DNA from: Actinomycetes bacterium
GTDB lineage: Bacteria > Actinomycetota > Acidimicrobiia > Acidimicrobiales > JAJYXR01
Direction of reading: 5' to 3'
Length of the DNA: 64,000 bases
Assembly: GCA_021801525.1 (NCBI GenBank)
Contig: JAJYXW010000123.1
Span: forward strand, 1,766-65,765
Under the pieces are notes generated by a model that worked only from the letters and a program-made list of their open reading frames with translations, was not told the origin of the DNA and did not search any database. Both the position numbers and the translations under genes were made by a program. Of the stretch, positions 7,500-16,685 are shown piece by piece; the stretch's first letter is position 1, and the number at the start of each line of letters is the position of its first letter.

Positions 7500-8628
7500 T
7501 GGCTACGACTTCCCTTCCCTCGAAATCGACCATCGTGACCGGGCAGCGGAGCTTGCCCGCTGTGTGCGCCTCGCAGCTCGTGCGTGCTAGCTGGCAGAGG
7601 CGGTCGAGCGGCTCACGGGCGCCGGCGTCCCTGCAAGCCTCGTAGAAATGGCGAGCGGTTGCCGTCTCGGTGGAGGCAGCCACGACGCTTGGAGGTGCCG
7701 ATGTCTCGAGGGCTACCCGCTCTAGCAGTTCGACGTCCACCTTCGAACGGTGGAAATGCGTCATCATCACCCCTGCTGCGAGCTTGGTGATCTTGCCCAC
7801 CATCGCGACGACGGCTGCCTCGGTCATGCCGTGCAGGGCACAGCGGCGAAGGGCGATACCGCTGAAGTCACCCACCTCTACCAGGCAGACGTCGTCACGA
7901 TCCGGGTAGAGCGCCCTAGCGGCGAGCTCCGAGCGGCTGCCAGTGCACAGCACCATCGAACGCTCGCCCTGTGCTGCCGCCACGTCTACCTGCTGGACCA
8001 CGCTTGCGCGGTAGGCGGCAGTCGAGAAGGGCTTGACGATGCCGGTCGTCCCGAGAATGGATATCCCTCCAATGATTCCCAGGCGCGCATTGGTCGTCTT
8101 CCTGGCCATCTCCTCGCCGCCTGGGACGGAGATCGTGACTGCAAGGGGGGAGCTCGTCACTTCCGAGACTGCTGCGAGGATCATCTTTCTGGGAACGGGG
8201 TTGATTGCCGCGGATCCGACGGGGAGGCCGAGACCGGGCTTGGTCACGGTGCCTACGCCTTCTCCTCCCCGTATATCGGTATGCGACAGGCCGCCATCGA
8301 CGGCCACCGTTGCCGTCACGCGGGCTCCGTTCGTGCAATCGGGGTCGTCTCCCGCGTCCTTCACCACAACCGCGCTGGCCCAGAGCTCGGGCTGTCCGCA
8401 GTCGCTGTCGCTCGCTAGCGTGCCCGTACTGTCGCTCGATACGGTGCCCTTTCTGTCGCTCTCGACGGCGAAGGCCACCTGCTGACCCCCGGGCAGGACG
8501 ATCTCGACACTGGAAGGCAAGGTTCCGGTCACGATGGCAGTTGCCGCCGCCTTGGCCGCGGCTGCCGCGCAGGCGCCAGTCGTGAACCCCGTTCGCAGCC
8601 CCCGGGCGCTTGAAGCGCGAGCGCTCAC
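7492..8628 (-). CDS. cbiD: cobalt-precorrin-5B (C1)-methyltransferase
   Basis: GLRTGFTTGACAAAAAKAA is a CbiD hallmark. The start is set at GTG 8628-8626, overlapping the cobM stop (GTGA). The upstream 103 codons of the track ORF were rejected. Confidence 0.82.
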   Translation of the reverse strand: MSARASSARGLRTGFTTGACAAAAAKAAATAIVTGTLPSSVEIVLPGGQQVAFAVESDRKGTVSSDSTGTLASDSDCGQPELWASAVVVKDAGDDPDCTNGARVTATVAVDGGLSHTDIRGGEGVGTVTKPGLGLPVGSAAINPVPRKMILAAVSEVTSSPLAVTISVPGGEEMARKTTNARLGIIGGISILGTTGIVKPFSTAAYRASVVQQVDVAAAQGERSMVLCTGSRSELAARALYPDRDDVCLVEVGDFSGIALRRCALHGMTEAAVVAMVGKITKLAAGVMMTHFHRSKVDVELLERVALETSAPPSVVAASTETATARHFYEACRDAGAREPLDRLCQLARTSCEAHTAGKLRCPVTMVDFEGREVVASA

Positions 8629-9599
8629 TGGGATCCGCCCACCCGGCTGTCCCTGGGGGCCTTGGGCGGCGGGCTCTTCGCCTCGTGCGCATCGGGCGAG
8701 GAGGATTCCTCCACGGAGCGGGCTCTCGTAGTGCCGGCTGGCCTTCCGGCAGTGCTGCCCGGCGCGGAGCGCTTCCTGAACGCGTGGGCGAAGAGCGGGG
8801 AGTAGAGGTGGCTGCGCGAGCCGCCGAGTGCGAGAAAATCCCCGACCAGGACCAAGGTTGTTGTCGTGGCGCCGAGGCTGACGAGATCGGACGCCAGGTC
8901 GCCGAGGCGAGTGCGCACGACCTGCTCGTCCGGCCATGTTGCGCGGTGCACGATTGCTGCGGGCGTGTCAGGACCAAAGGCGCTAGGTGGGCTGAGCAGC
9001 GATTCCTGCAAGGCGGCTGGTCTGGCTGCCGACAAGAGCACTGCCATGCTCGCGCCGGTCGCAGCCAATGCGGGAAGCGACTCCGCCGGTGGCATCGATG
9101 CCGCCGTGCGGCTTGGGAGGCGTGTGATGACGAGGCTCTGGGAGACCCCGGGAAGGGTGATCTCGCGCCCGACGGCGGCGGCAGCAGCAGCGACGGAGCT
9201 GACACCCGGCACCACCTCGAAGGGTCTCGCGTTTGCCTCGCACCAGTCCATCTGCTCCTGGATGGCGCCGTACAGGGAGGGGTCGCCGGAGTGCAGCCGC
9301 ACCACGTGGTCAGCCGGGTAGGCGCGATAGACCTCGAGCACGTCCTCGAGGGTCATCGAAGCTGAATCGTGCACGGTGGCATCCGGTGAGGCATGAGCGA
9401 GGAGCGCCTCCGGTACGAGGGAGGAGGCCCAGACGATGGCACGTGCCGACGCGAGCCGCGAGGCGCCGCGCAACGTGATGAGGTCCGGGGCCCCGGGACC
9501 GGCGCCGACGAAGCTGACGAGCCCTGGAGGGGTGCTGCCCCCTTCTCTCTCGGGTCCTCCCTGGCCAGCAGGCGTCTGGATCGCGGGGCGCCTGCTCAT
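8625..9599 (-). CDS. cobM: precorrin-4 C11-methyltransferase with ~60-aa low-complexity C-terminal tail
   Basis: VSFVGAGPGAPDLITLRG...LHSGDPSLYGA is the tetrapyrrole methylase fold. There is an ATGA overlap with the cobI stop. Confidence 0.85.
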   Translation of the reverse strand: MSRRPAIQTPAGQGGPEREGGSTPPGLVSFVGAGPGAPDLITLRGASRLASARAIVWASSLVPEALLAHASPDATVHDSASMTLEDVLEVYRAYPADHVVRLHSGDPSLYGAIQEQMDWCEANARPFEVVPGVSSVAAAAAAVGREITLPGVSQSLVITRLPSRTAASMPPAESLPALAATGASMAVLLSAARPAALQESLLSPPSAFGPDTPAAIVHRATWPDEQVVRTRLGDLASDLVSLGATTTTLVLVGDFLALGGSRSHLYSPLFAHAFRKRSAPGSTAGRPAGTTRARSVEESSSPDAHEAKSPPPKAPRDSRVGGSQ

Positions 9600-10393
9600 G
9601 GGTCACCGGGGGGGATGATCACCGAGGCGAGATAGGAGACAGGACCGGTCGCCTGCGACAGGGGGACGACGCGCTCTCCCGGCATGCCGAGCAGCTCGCC
9701 CAGGATGGCCCCTTCGAGCCTGCCGTGCTCCTCGAGTACGGATACGATCGCAGGAAGGTGGTTACCACCCTTGTAGACCACGACCGCGCGGTCGGGCCTC
9801 GCTAGAGCGTCCCTGAGCTCTCCGGCGCCGTCACGCGCGCTCACCAGGGCTAATGACTGGCTTCCGTCGAGCAGCACGGTGCCGCTCCGGGCGGCGAGGT
9901 CTTGGAAGGCGCAGATGCCAGCGACTGTCTCGGTCTGCAGCTCGGGCACGATGGTGCGCACTGCTTGGGCGACCGTCGGGAAGGTGGAGTAGATGTTCGG
10001 ATCACCAAGGGTCACGAAGGCCACGTCCTCACCCGCGCCGAGCCAGCAGGCAATCCTCCGGGCTGCCATGTCGTAGGAGCTGCGAGTGGCGTCGCCGGCG
10101 TCGCCGCCGGCGTCGCCCTCGGCGCCCCTGCCGTTGTGCCGGCCTGCCACCGGCATCGCGATCACCAGCCGTTCCAAATGGATGCCCGGGATGGCCGTCG
10201 TCACTATGGACTCGGCGCGTCCGGGCACGTCGGCGGCGATGGCAGGAGCTGCGACCCTGTCGGCATTCTCGATGACCTCGATTGCCTGGCGCGTGAGGAG
10301 GTCCGGGTTCCCGGGGCCGACCCCTACGCCGACCAGCTTCCCGATTGCTCCCTCGAGTGGCTCTGCGCCTGCCGGGATCCCGGGCGCGGTCAT
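9596..10393 (-). CDS. cobI: precorrin-2 C20-methyltransferase
   Basis: LVGVGVGPGNPDLLTRQA...TLGDPNIYSTF. There is an ATGA overlap with the cobB stop. Confidence 0.82.
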   Translation of the reverse strand: MTAPGIPAGAEPLEGAIGKLVGVGVGPGNPDLLTRQAIEVIENADRVAAPAIAADVPGRAESIVTTAIPGIHLERLVIAMPVAGRHNGRGAEGDAGGDAGDATRSSYDMAARRIACWLGAGEDVAFVTLGDPNIYSTFPTVAQAVRTIVPELQTETVAGICAFQDLAARSGTVLLDGSQSLALVSARDGAGELRDALARPDRAVVVYKGGNHLPAIVSVLEEHGRLEGAILGELLGMPGERVVPLSQATGPVSYLASVIIPPGDP

Positions 10394-11859
10394 CGGGGGC
10401 GTCTCCGGGAGCGTTCCTCTTCCAAGACGCTGCCGGTTCGGCCGGCACCCCCCGTTGGCGCCGAGGCCGCGGCGACGAAGCGCTCGGCCGGCAGGGGATC
10501 CGCACCCAGGTGCACGTGGAGATACGAAGCGATCATGGTCGGAGAGCAGAAGCCCGCAACGCCTGGCGCCGCGGCGTCGGCGAGGCCGCCTGCGCTCGGA
10601 GGCTGCATGAGCAACCCGTCGCCGGAGGGCTCGATCGCGGAGTAGTGGAACTCATGGCCGCGAAGAACGCTACCCGAGGCCGCGATGGGGCTCGACTTGC
10701 GGAGCCGCGCTTCCCGGTAGCCGAGCGTGAGGCGCCCCGTCATACGGCCCGAGGCGGGCAGGGCTCCGCAAAGCGGCGCTCCGCCCAGATCGCGGCAGAG
10801 CCAGAGCAGACCGCCGCATTCAGCCCAGGTGACCAAGCCGCGAAGCACTTTCTCCTTGACCCTGGCGCACAGATCGACGTTGTCAGTGAGCTCCGCCGCG
10901 TAGATCTCGGGGAAGCCTCCTGCAGCGTAGAGGGCGGTCGACCCGGCCGGCAGGTCCGCGTCCGCGAGCGGGTCGAAGAAGCAGAGCTCCCCGCCCGCTT
11001 CTTCGATGCGGCGGAGGTTCTCGGGGTAGTGGAACGAGAAGGCCCTCCCGGCTGCCACCGCCACGCGCGCGCTGCCGACCCGCCTCGCAGGTTGTGGCAG
11101 GACAGTCATGAGTGGCGGGGCGCTCCGGGCCAGCGCTAACACGGCCTCGAGATCGATTCGCATGGAAACGAGGGCTGCCAGCTTCGCGATCCGGTCGGCC
11201 GCGCCCGAAGGGTCCTCGGCCACCGGCACCAGACCGAGGTGGCGCTCGCGCCAGTGCTCGACGTCACCACGCCTGAGCGCGCCGAGCACAGACGCGCCGC
11301 AACTTGCCAGGGCAGCGCGCAGGACCTCCTCGTGGCGGTCGCTGCCGACCATGTTCAAGATCACGCCCCCGAACCGGAGCTCGGGTCGCATGTCGCGATA
11401 ACCGCGAACGAGCGCCGCTACGGAGGCGCCCATGCCGGCTGCATCGACGACGAGCACGACGGGAGCGTCGAGCGCCGCGGCTAGGTCCGCGCTGCTCGCG
11501 AGAGTGGTGGCGCCGACGCCGTCGAATAGGCCCATCACGCCCTCCACCACGAGGATGTCGCTGCCCGACGCGCATCGTGCTGCAAGGGGGGCGACGGCGT
11601 GGAGGCCGCTCATCCACGCGTCGAGGTTCGTTCCGGGCCTCCCGGTGGCGAGGGCATGGTAACCGGGATCTATGTAGTCCGGACCCGCCTTGGCCGAGGC
11701 GACGGCCAGGCCGCGGCTTCGCAACGCCGCCATGATGCCCGTGGAGACAGTGGTCTTCCCCGAGCCAGAGCGAGTGCCGGCTATGACCACGCGAGCGCCC
11801 AGCCGGCAGGGATCCCCGGCAGGACTGCGAGGCTCGGGGGAGCCCCCCGCCTGGCTCAT
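10390..11859 (-). CDS. cobB: cobyrinic acid a,c-diamide synthase
   Basis: It has a P-loop (IAGTRSGSGKTTVSTG) and a C-terminal glutamine amidotransferase-like part. The start is set at ATG 11859 (MSQAGGSPEP...), 18 nt after the cobO stop. The longer track ORF would overlap cobO. Confidence 0.82.
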   Translation of the reverse strand: MSQAGGSPEPRSPAGDPCRLGARVVIAGTRSGSGKTTVSTGIMAALRSRGLAVASAKAGPDYIDPGYHALATGRPGTNLDAWMSGLHAVAPLAARCASGSDILVVEGVMGLFDGVGATTLASSADLAAALDAPVVLVVDAAGMGASVAALVRGYRDMRPELRFGGVILNMVGSDRHEEVLRAALASCGASVLGALRRGDVEHWRERHLGLVPVAEDPSGAADRIAKLAALVSMRIDLEAVLALARSAPPLMTVLPQPARRVGSARVAVAAGRAFSFHYPENLRRIEEAGGELCFFDPLADADLPAGSTALYAAGGFPEIYAAELTDNVDLCARVKEKVLRGLVTWAECGGLLWLCRDLGGAPLCGALPASGRMTGRLTLGYREARLRKSSPIAASGSVLRGHEFHYSAIEPSGDGLLMQPPSAGGLADAAAPGVAGFCSPTMIASYLHVHLGADPLPAERFVAAASAPTGGAGRTGSVLEEERSRRRPR

Positions 11860-11876
11860 GGTCGCTCCGGGCGAGG

Positions 11877-12431
11877 TCAGTACTCGATCCCCTTGCGGGC
11901 CTTTACGCCGCGGTCGTACGCGTGCTTCACCTTGCGCATCTCGGTGACCGTGTCGGCGAGCTCGACCAGCTCGGGGGGCGCGTCGCGCCCGGTGACGACT
12001 ACGTTGGTCTTCGGCGCACGCTCGCGTATGCCCCTGAGCACCTCCTCTACGGGCACCCAGCAGTAGTTGACGGCGTAGGTGAGCTCGTCGAGGATCAGCA
12101 GCTGGAAGGCGCCCGAGGAGAGCATGGACCGGGCAACCTCCCATGCGTGGAGCCCCTTTGCCGCCGTGGCATCGAGGTCGGTGGACTCCCAGGTGAATCC
12201 GTCGCCGAGCGTGTGCCACTCGATCCCGAGGTGGTCAGCGAGCTTGCGCTCACCGGTCTTCCACCCGCCGCCTTTCACGAACTGCACGACGCCCACGTTC
12301 CATCCACGCGCCCAGCCGCGGCACATCACGCCGAAGGCAGCGGAGGACTTGCCCTTGCCGTGGCCGGTGTTGACGAGCACCAGGGAGTCAGCGAGCGCCA
12401 TGGGCGCACTCCCCGAGGTGGCGAGATTCAT
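11877..12431 (-). CDS. cobO: cob(I)yrinic acid a,c-diamide adenosyltransferase
   Basis: LVNTGHGKGKSSAAFGVMCRGWARGWNVGVVQFVKGGGWKTGE is the CobO/BtuR signature. The start is set at ATG 12431; ATG 12401 is an alternative. The longer track ORF overlaps the divergent MFS gene. Confidence 0.8.
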   Translation of the reverse strand: MNLATSGSAPMALADSLVLVNTGHGKGKSSAAFGVMCRGWARGWNVGVVQFVKGGGWKTGERKLADHLGIEWHTLGDGFTWESTDLDATAAKGLHAWEVARSMLSSGAFQLLILDELTYAVNYCWVPVEEVLRGIRERAPKTNVVVTGRDAPPELVELADTVTEMRKVKHAYDRGVKARKGIEY

Positions 12432-12490
12432 GGCGCTCAGCCCGCCTCCGGCAGACGAGCAGCAACTCAGGAACCATGCGTAAAACCTAC

Positions 12491-12534
12491 TCCGGGGGAC
12501 GGCCAAGCCCGGCACCCCTATCCGCTGAGCCTCT
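12491..12534 (-). repeat. 44-nt solo copy of the left arm of the 34.07-kb hairpin element, in the cobO leader
   Basis: The minus strand AGAGGCTCAGCGGATAGGGGTGCCGGGCTTGGCCGTCCCCCGGA matches 34072-34114 at 40 positions, with 3 mismatches and 1 indel. Confidence 0.75.
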
Positions 12535-12605
12535 AATATGTCGGCTAGCTCAGCCGGCCTGCCGCCTCGCTGAGCGCGCGACAGCCGAGAGCGAACGGTG
12601 AGAAG

Positions 12606-13868
12606 GTGAACGAGCGAGGACGCAGGCCGAGGCGCGATCTCGTGTTGGTCACGCTCGTGGCGGTGACGGCTTCGCTGCCGGCCTTCCTCGTGGCCGCTCT
12701 CGCGGTGCAGCTGAGGGCCTCGCTCCATTTCGGCGCCAGCGAGCAGGGGATATCGCTCGCGGTCTACTACCTCGGCGCGGCGGCCGTATCGCTCCCGGGC
12801 AGCCGGCTCTCGGAACGCTACGGCGCGCTCCGCGTGATGAAGTCCGCCGCCGCCGCCGATGCCGTGCTCCTCGCGCTCTTGGCGTCGGTCGTCTCCTCCT
12901 GGGCGTTGCTCACGGTGCTCCTTGCGCTCGCCGGCATGACCAGTTCGATCGTGCAGCCAGCAGCCAACCAGTTCATCGCACGCCAGGTGCCAGCTGGGCG
13001 CCAGGGGATCGCCTTCGGCGTGAAGCAGTCCGCCGTACCGCTCTCTGCGCTGCTCGGAGGCCTGGCCGTGCCGGCAATTGGCCTGACCATCGGCTGGCAG
13101 TGGGCGTTCGCGTTCGCCGCAGCGATTGCGGTGCTCGCCGCGGTGGTGCTCCCGCGCCCAATCTCGACGATCGCGCAGATAAGGGACGCGCCCCGGTCCG
13201 AGTCCTTCTCCCTTCCGGTGCTCCCGCTCGGGGTGCTGACGGTGGGCTTCGGGCTCGGTATATGCGCAGCAAGCGGTCTGAGCGCGTTTCTTGCCACTTC
13301 GGCTGTCTCGGCAGGGCTCTCGAAGGGAGGTGCCGGCATGGTCGTAGCGCTCGCGAGCGCTGCTGCGTTCGGGTCACGGCTGGTCACAGGAGCGCGGGCG
13401 GACAGGCGAGGTCGCAGGCACTTCCCAGTGGTCGCAGCGATGCTCGGCGTCGGCGCGCTGGGCGACGCTCTCCTTGCCGTCAGCTCGGCTGAGCACCTCG
13501 CGGTGCTTTTCGTGCTCGCCAGCGTGGTCGCATTCGGCGCGGGTTGGGGATGGAACGGGTTGTTCAACTTCGCTGTCGTGAGGACGCACCCCGAGCTGCC
13601 GGCTCGTGCGACCGGCATAACTCAGGTCGGGGGACGCCTCGGAGGGGTGGCGGGCCCGCTGGTCGTGGGCCTGCTGGTAGAGCACGGCTCGTACTCGCTC
13701 GCGTGGAGCGTCGTGGCCGTCGTGGCGCTAGTCGGTGCCCTCACCGTGCTGGCCGGGAGGCGACTCCTGCTCAGGGCTCGCCAAGCTTCGCCGGCTGCCC
13801 CGCCGGTTGCTCCGCCTCCCGTCCCGCCTCCTGCGCCGAAGGAGACGCCGGGCCTTGCCGAGCGGTAA
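12606..13868 (+). CDS. MFS-type transporter, substrate unknown
   Basis: It is a 420-aa hydrophobic protein with many predicted TM helices and MFS-like loop motifs. The start is GTG. It lies between the two cob operons. Confidence 0.7.
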   Translation: MNERGRRPRRDLVLVTLVAVTASLPAFLVAALAVQLRASLHFGASEQGISLAVYYLGAAAVSLPGSRLSERYGALRVMKSAAAADAVLLALLASVVSSWALLTVLLALAGMTSSIVQPAANQFIARQVPAGRQGIAFGVKQSAVPLSALLGGLAVPAIGLTIGWQWAFAFAAAIAVLAAVVLPRPISTIAQIRDAPRSESFSLPVLPLGVLTVGFGLGICAASGLSAFLATSAVSAGLSKGGAGMVVALASAAAFGSRLVTGARADRRGRRHFPVVAAMLGVGALGDALLAVSSAEHLAVLFVLASVVAFGAGWGWNGLFNFAVVRTHPELPARATGITQVGGRLGGVAGPLVVGLLVEHGSYSLAWSVVAVVALVGALTVLAGRRLLLRARQASPAAPPVAPPPVPPPAPKETPGLAER

Positions 13869-14045
13869 GCTCTCCCGTGCAGCGCAGGGAACCCGGTGGG
13901 ACTCCGGGGCTGTCCCGCAACTGTGACCGGGGAGCGATCCTCACCCTTCGAGCTCGGCTATGGGCTCGAGATGCCACGGCTCGGCGACGGGCGGGAAGGC
14001 CGGGGAGAGCATTGATCCGGGAGCCAGGAGACCTGCATGCACGCA
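13869..14045 (+). promoter_or_regulatory. cobalamin (AdoCbl) riboswitch
   Basis: The conserved core AGGGAACCCGGTGGGACTCCGGGGCTGTCCCGCAACTGTGA is present, along with GCCACGG and GGGAAGGC elements. The B12 box GAGCCAGGAGACCTGC lies at 14021-14036. A GCCTCC-GACA-GGGAGGC hairpin follows, upstream of cobU. Confidence 0.85.
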
Positions 14046-14094
14046 AGGTGCCTCCGACAGGGAGGCCCCGGCGCAGACGCGAGGACGTGAGGAA

Positions 14095-14730
14095 TTGGAC
14101 AGCGAAGGCCCTCGACTTACCGATGGCTCTCGGGGCACCGGCGGCGAGCACGACCCGCTCGTCAGCCTCGTCCTGGGCGGCGCCAGGTCCGGCAAGTCCG
14201 AGGTCGCGGAGCGCCTCTCTGCTCGCTACGTGCGCGGCGGGGGCGTCGCGTACATCGCCACCGGGGCGCTGCTGGTCGGCGATGCAGGAGCTTCGAGCGA
14301 CCCCGAATGGGCTGCACGCGTCGAAGAGCACAGGCGCCGGCGGCCGGGGACCTGGCAGACGATCGAGCTGGGCGACCACTCGCGCCTGGTGCCGACCCTC
14401 GAGCAGCTCTCCGTGCTCGTGCTGGTGGACTCGCTCGGAGCATGGGTCGCCGGCGCTCCGGGGTTCGACGTGGATACCGGCGGGCTGCTGCGGGCACTCT
14501 CGAGCCGGGCCGAGCGCGGGCTCGGCACCGTGCTCGTGAGCGAGGAGGTCGGTATGGGCGTTCACGCACCGACGGAGGTGGGGAGGCGCTTCACCGACGT
14601 GCTCGGCGCGCTGAACCGGGACGTTGCCTCCGGCGCTTCAGAGGTGCTGCTCGTGGTGGCGGGCCGTTCGCTTCGGCTGCCGGGCGAGCCCGGGGAGGTT
14701 GGCGGTGGAGCGTCCGGGGGAGCGAAATAA
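14095..14730 (+). CDS. cobU: adenosylcobinamide kinase / adenosylcobinamide-phosphate guanylyltransferase
   Basis: P-loop VLGGARSGKSEVAE. The start is uncertain: TTG 14095 is the first in-frame candidate after the riboswitch, and the track start at 13960 lies inside the riboswitch. Confidence 0.7.
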   Translation: MDSEGPRLTDGSRGTGGEHDPLVSLVLGGARSGKSEVAERLSARYVRGGGVAYIATGALLVGDAGASSDPEWAARVEEHRRRRPGTWQTIELGDHSRLVPTLEQLSVLVLVDSLGAWVAGAPGFDVDTGGLLRALSSRAERGLGTVLVSEEVGMGVHAPTEVGRRFTDVLGALNRDVASGASEVLLVVAGRSLRLPGEPGEVGGGASGGAK

Positions 14731-15564
14731 TTGCGTCAGGCCCTCGCATTCCTCACCCCGCTCGGGGGCGCCTCGGTGCCCGGGCCGAGGGCGCTCAGGT
14801 GGTTCCCGGTGGTCGGAGCGGCAACCGGCTTGCTCCTCGGGGCGATCTGGTGGGGCGTCGCGCAGGTAGTTCCCCCGGGGGTGGCAGCAGGTATCGTTCT
14901 CGCGGGCGACCTCGCCCTGACGGGCATGCTCCACATGGACGGGCTGCTCGACACAGCGGACGGCCTCTTCCTTCACGGCGCTGCAGAGCGGCGACTCGAG
15001 GTGATGAGGGACTCCGCTGTCGGGGCGTTCGGTGTGTCCGCCGCTGTGGCGGTACTGGTGCTTCGCTGGGCTGCGCTGGATGCGCTGGCTCCCGAGGTGC
15101 TCGTCCTCGCGGGCATATGGTCCATTTCCCGCGCGCTCATGGGCTTCAGCGCCGGCTACGTCCCCTATGCGCGTGCGAGCGGCATCGCCTCGGCATTCCT
15201 CGGGCAGGGGATCGACATGGCTGGGCAGGGGGACACGGGGATGCAGGCAGGGGAAGCATCCCTCCCGAACGCCGAGCCGGTGGCGAGCGCCCGCGCGTGT
15301 GCCCGCGCGTGCGGTCTGGCCGGGCTCGCACTCGGCATCCCATTCACGCTCGCCGGTGCTGCCTGGCCATTCGAGGGCACGGGAGCTGCGCTGCTCGCCC
15401 ATCTCTCAGGTGCGCTCGCGGCACTGCTGCTCGGGGTCGCAGCCGGAGCAGGTGTAGTGCTCCTCGCCCGGCGGCGCCTCGGCGGGTTCACCGGGGACGT
15501 GCTCGGGGCCGCCGGCGTGGTGACCGAGACGGTGGCGCTCGTGGTCCTGGGGGCGAGGTGGTGA
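14731..15564 (+). CDS. cobS: adenosylcobinamide-GDP ribazoletransferase (cobalamin synthase)
   Basis: It is a membrane protein: MRQALAFLTPLGG...DGLLDTADGLF... The TTG start comes directly after the cobU TAA. Confidence 0.78.
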   Translation: MRQALAFLTPLGGASVPGPRALRWFPVVGAATGLLLGAIWWGVAQVVPPGVAAGIVLAGDLALTGMLHMDGLLDTADGLFLHGAAERRLEVMRDSAVGAFGVSAAVAVLVLRWAALDALAPEVLVLAGIWSISRALMGFSAGYVPYARASGIASAFLGQGIDMAGQGDTGMQAGEASLPNAEPVASARACARACGLAGLALGIPFTLAGAAWPFEGTGAALLAHLSGALAALLLGVAAGAGVVLLARRRLGGFTGDVLGAAGVVTETVALVVLGARW

Positions 15565-16685
15565 GCACGAGACGCGTGGCGCTCACGCCGTGCTGGCCCG
15601 CCGACGCGCGCTGGCGCCTTGCCGGCGCGGCGGCCGGGCTGTTCGCGGACCGGGCCTTGGGCGAACCGCCCGAGAAGGTCCATCCGGTTGCGATGTTCGG
15701 GCGTGCGATGGCATCCCTGGAGGGTGCCATGTGGTCGGATCGGCGTGGCCGCGGCGCGTGGTTCGCGCTCCTCGGGTCAGCTACGGGCCTTGGTGCGGGC
15801 ATCCTTGCACTCGAGGTGGCGAGGTCGGCCGCGTACGGCACCTGGGGTGCCAGCAGGGGCGAGGACCGCGCCAGCGCCGCGGCGACGCTCTTGGCAACCG
15901 CGTCCGCGACGGCGATCGCGTGCGCCGGGCGATGCCTGTGGCAGACAGCGCTGGATGTGTCCCGAGCGGCGCGATGCGGCGACTTGCCCGGAGCGCTTCT
16001 GCAGCTCCGAGCGCTGGTGGGGCGCGACTCGACGGGATTTGGAACCGGGGATGTGGCGAGGGCGGTGGTGGAGTCCGTGGCCGAGAACACGGTGGACGCG
16101 ATAGTCGCGCCGGCTCTGTGGGCGGCCGGTGGCGGCGCTGCCGGGGCGCTCGCTTATCGGGCGGTGAACACCCTCGATTCGATGGTGGGGCACCACAGCG
16201 AGCGATACGAGAGCTTCGGATGGGCGAGCGCCCGCATCGACGACGTTGCCGGATATGTACCCGCTCGGGTGACCGCGCTGCTGGTCGCCTGCGCCAGGCC
16301 GCTCAGAGCGCGCGCTGTGCTGGAAGCGGTGCGGATCGACGCGCGCCGGCACCCCTCTCCGAACTCGGGTGTGGCAGAGGCCTCCTTCGCCGCGGCGCTC
16401 GGACTCTCCCTCGGCGGGAGCGTGCGCTACGGGGAGCGCACGGAGCAAAGGCCTCCACTCGGCAACGGCAGGCCTGCCGACCTCGGTGACATAGAGCGCG
16501 CCGTGCAACTGAGCAGGCAGATCACCTCCCTGCTAACAGCGTCTCTGCTCGCGGCCTCCTTCGTGGTGCCGGGAGGGTCGGCTTCGGCCCGTGCTCGTCC
16601 ACGGCGACCTCTGCGGCTGTATGCCCGCTGTTCCGGGGGCGGGTGTGCTCGGCGCCCCGGCGGTGATCCCCCGGGGCCGGCGTGA
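15561..16685 (+). CDS. cobD: adenosylcobinamide-phosphate synthase (CbiB/CobD)
   Basis: The C-terminal 374 aa of track ORF 14307..16685 are CbiB-like (HPVAMFGR...NTLDSMVGH...SPNSGVAEA). The GTG start overlaps the cobS stop (GTGA). Confidence 0.78.
   Translation: MSTRRVALTPCWPADARWRLAGAAAGLFADRALGEPPEKVHPVAMFGRAMASLEGAMWSDRRGRGAWFALLGSATGLGAGILALEVARSAAYGTWGASRGEDRASAAATLLATASATAIACAGRCLWQTALDVSRAARCGDLPGALLQLRALVGRDSTGFGTGDVARAVVESVAENTVDAIVAPALWAAGGGAAGALAYRAVNTLDSMVGHHSERYESFGWASARIDDVAGYVPARVTALLVACARPLRARAVLEAVRIDARRHPSPNSGVAEASFAAALGLSLGGSVRYGERTEQRPPLGNGRPADLGDIERAVQLSRQITSLLTASLLAASFVVPGGSASARARPRRPLRLYARCSGGGCARRPGGDPPGPA

Noticed and set aside
12534-12539. TAATAT as a -10 box for the MFS gene (and the CATATT complement for cobO) in the only AT-rich spot of the divergent leader.
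   Set aside because: There is no acceptable -35 partner at 16-18 nt spacing on either strand. A single hexamer match is not enough to call a promoter.
12432-12605. Expected second cobalamin riboswitch upstream of cobO.
   Set aside because: I read both strands. None of the conserved core blocks or a B12 box (as found at 13869-14045) is present.
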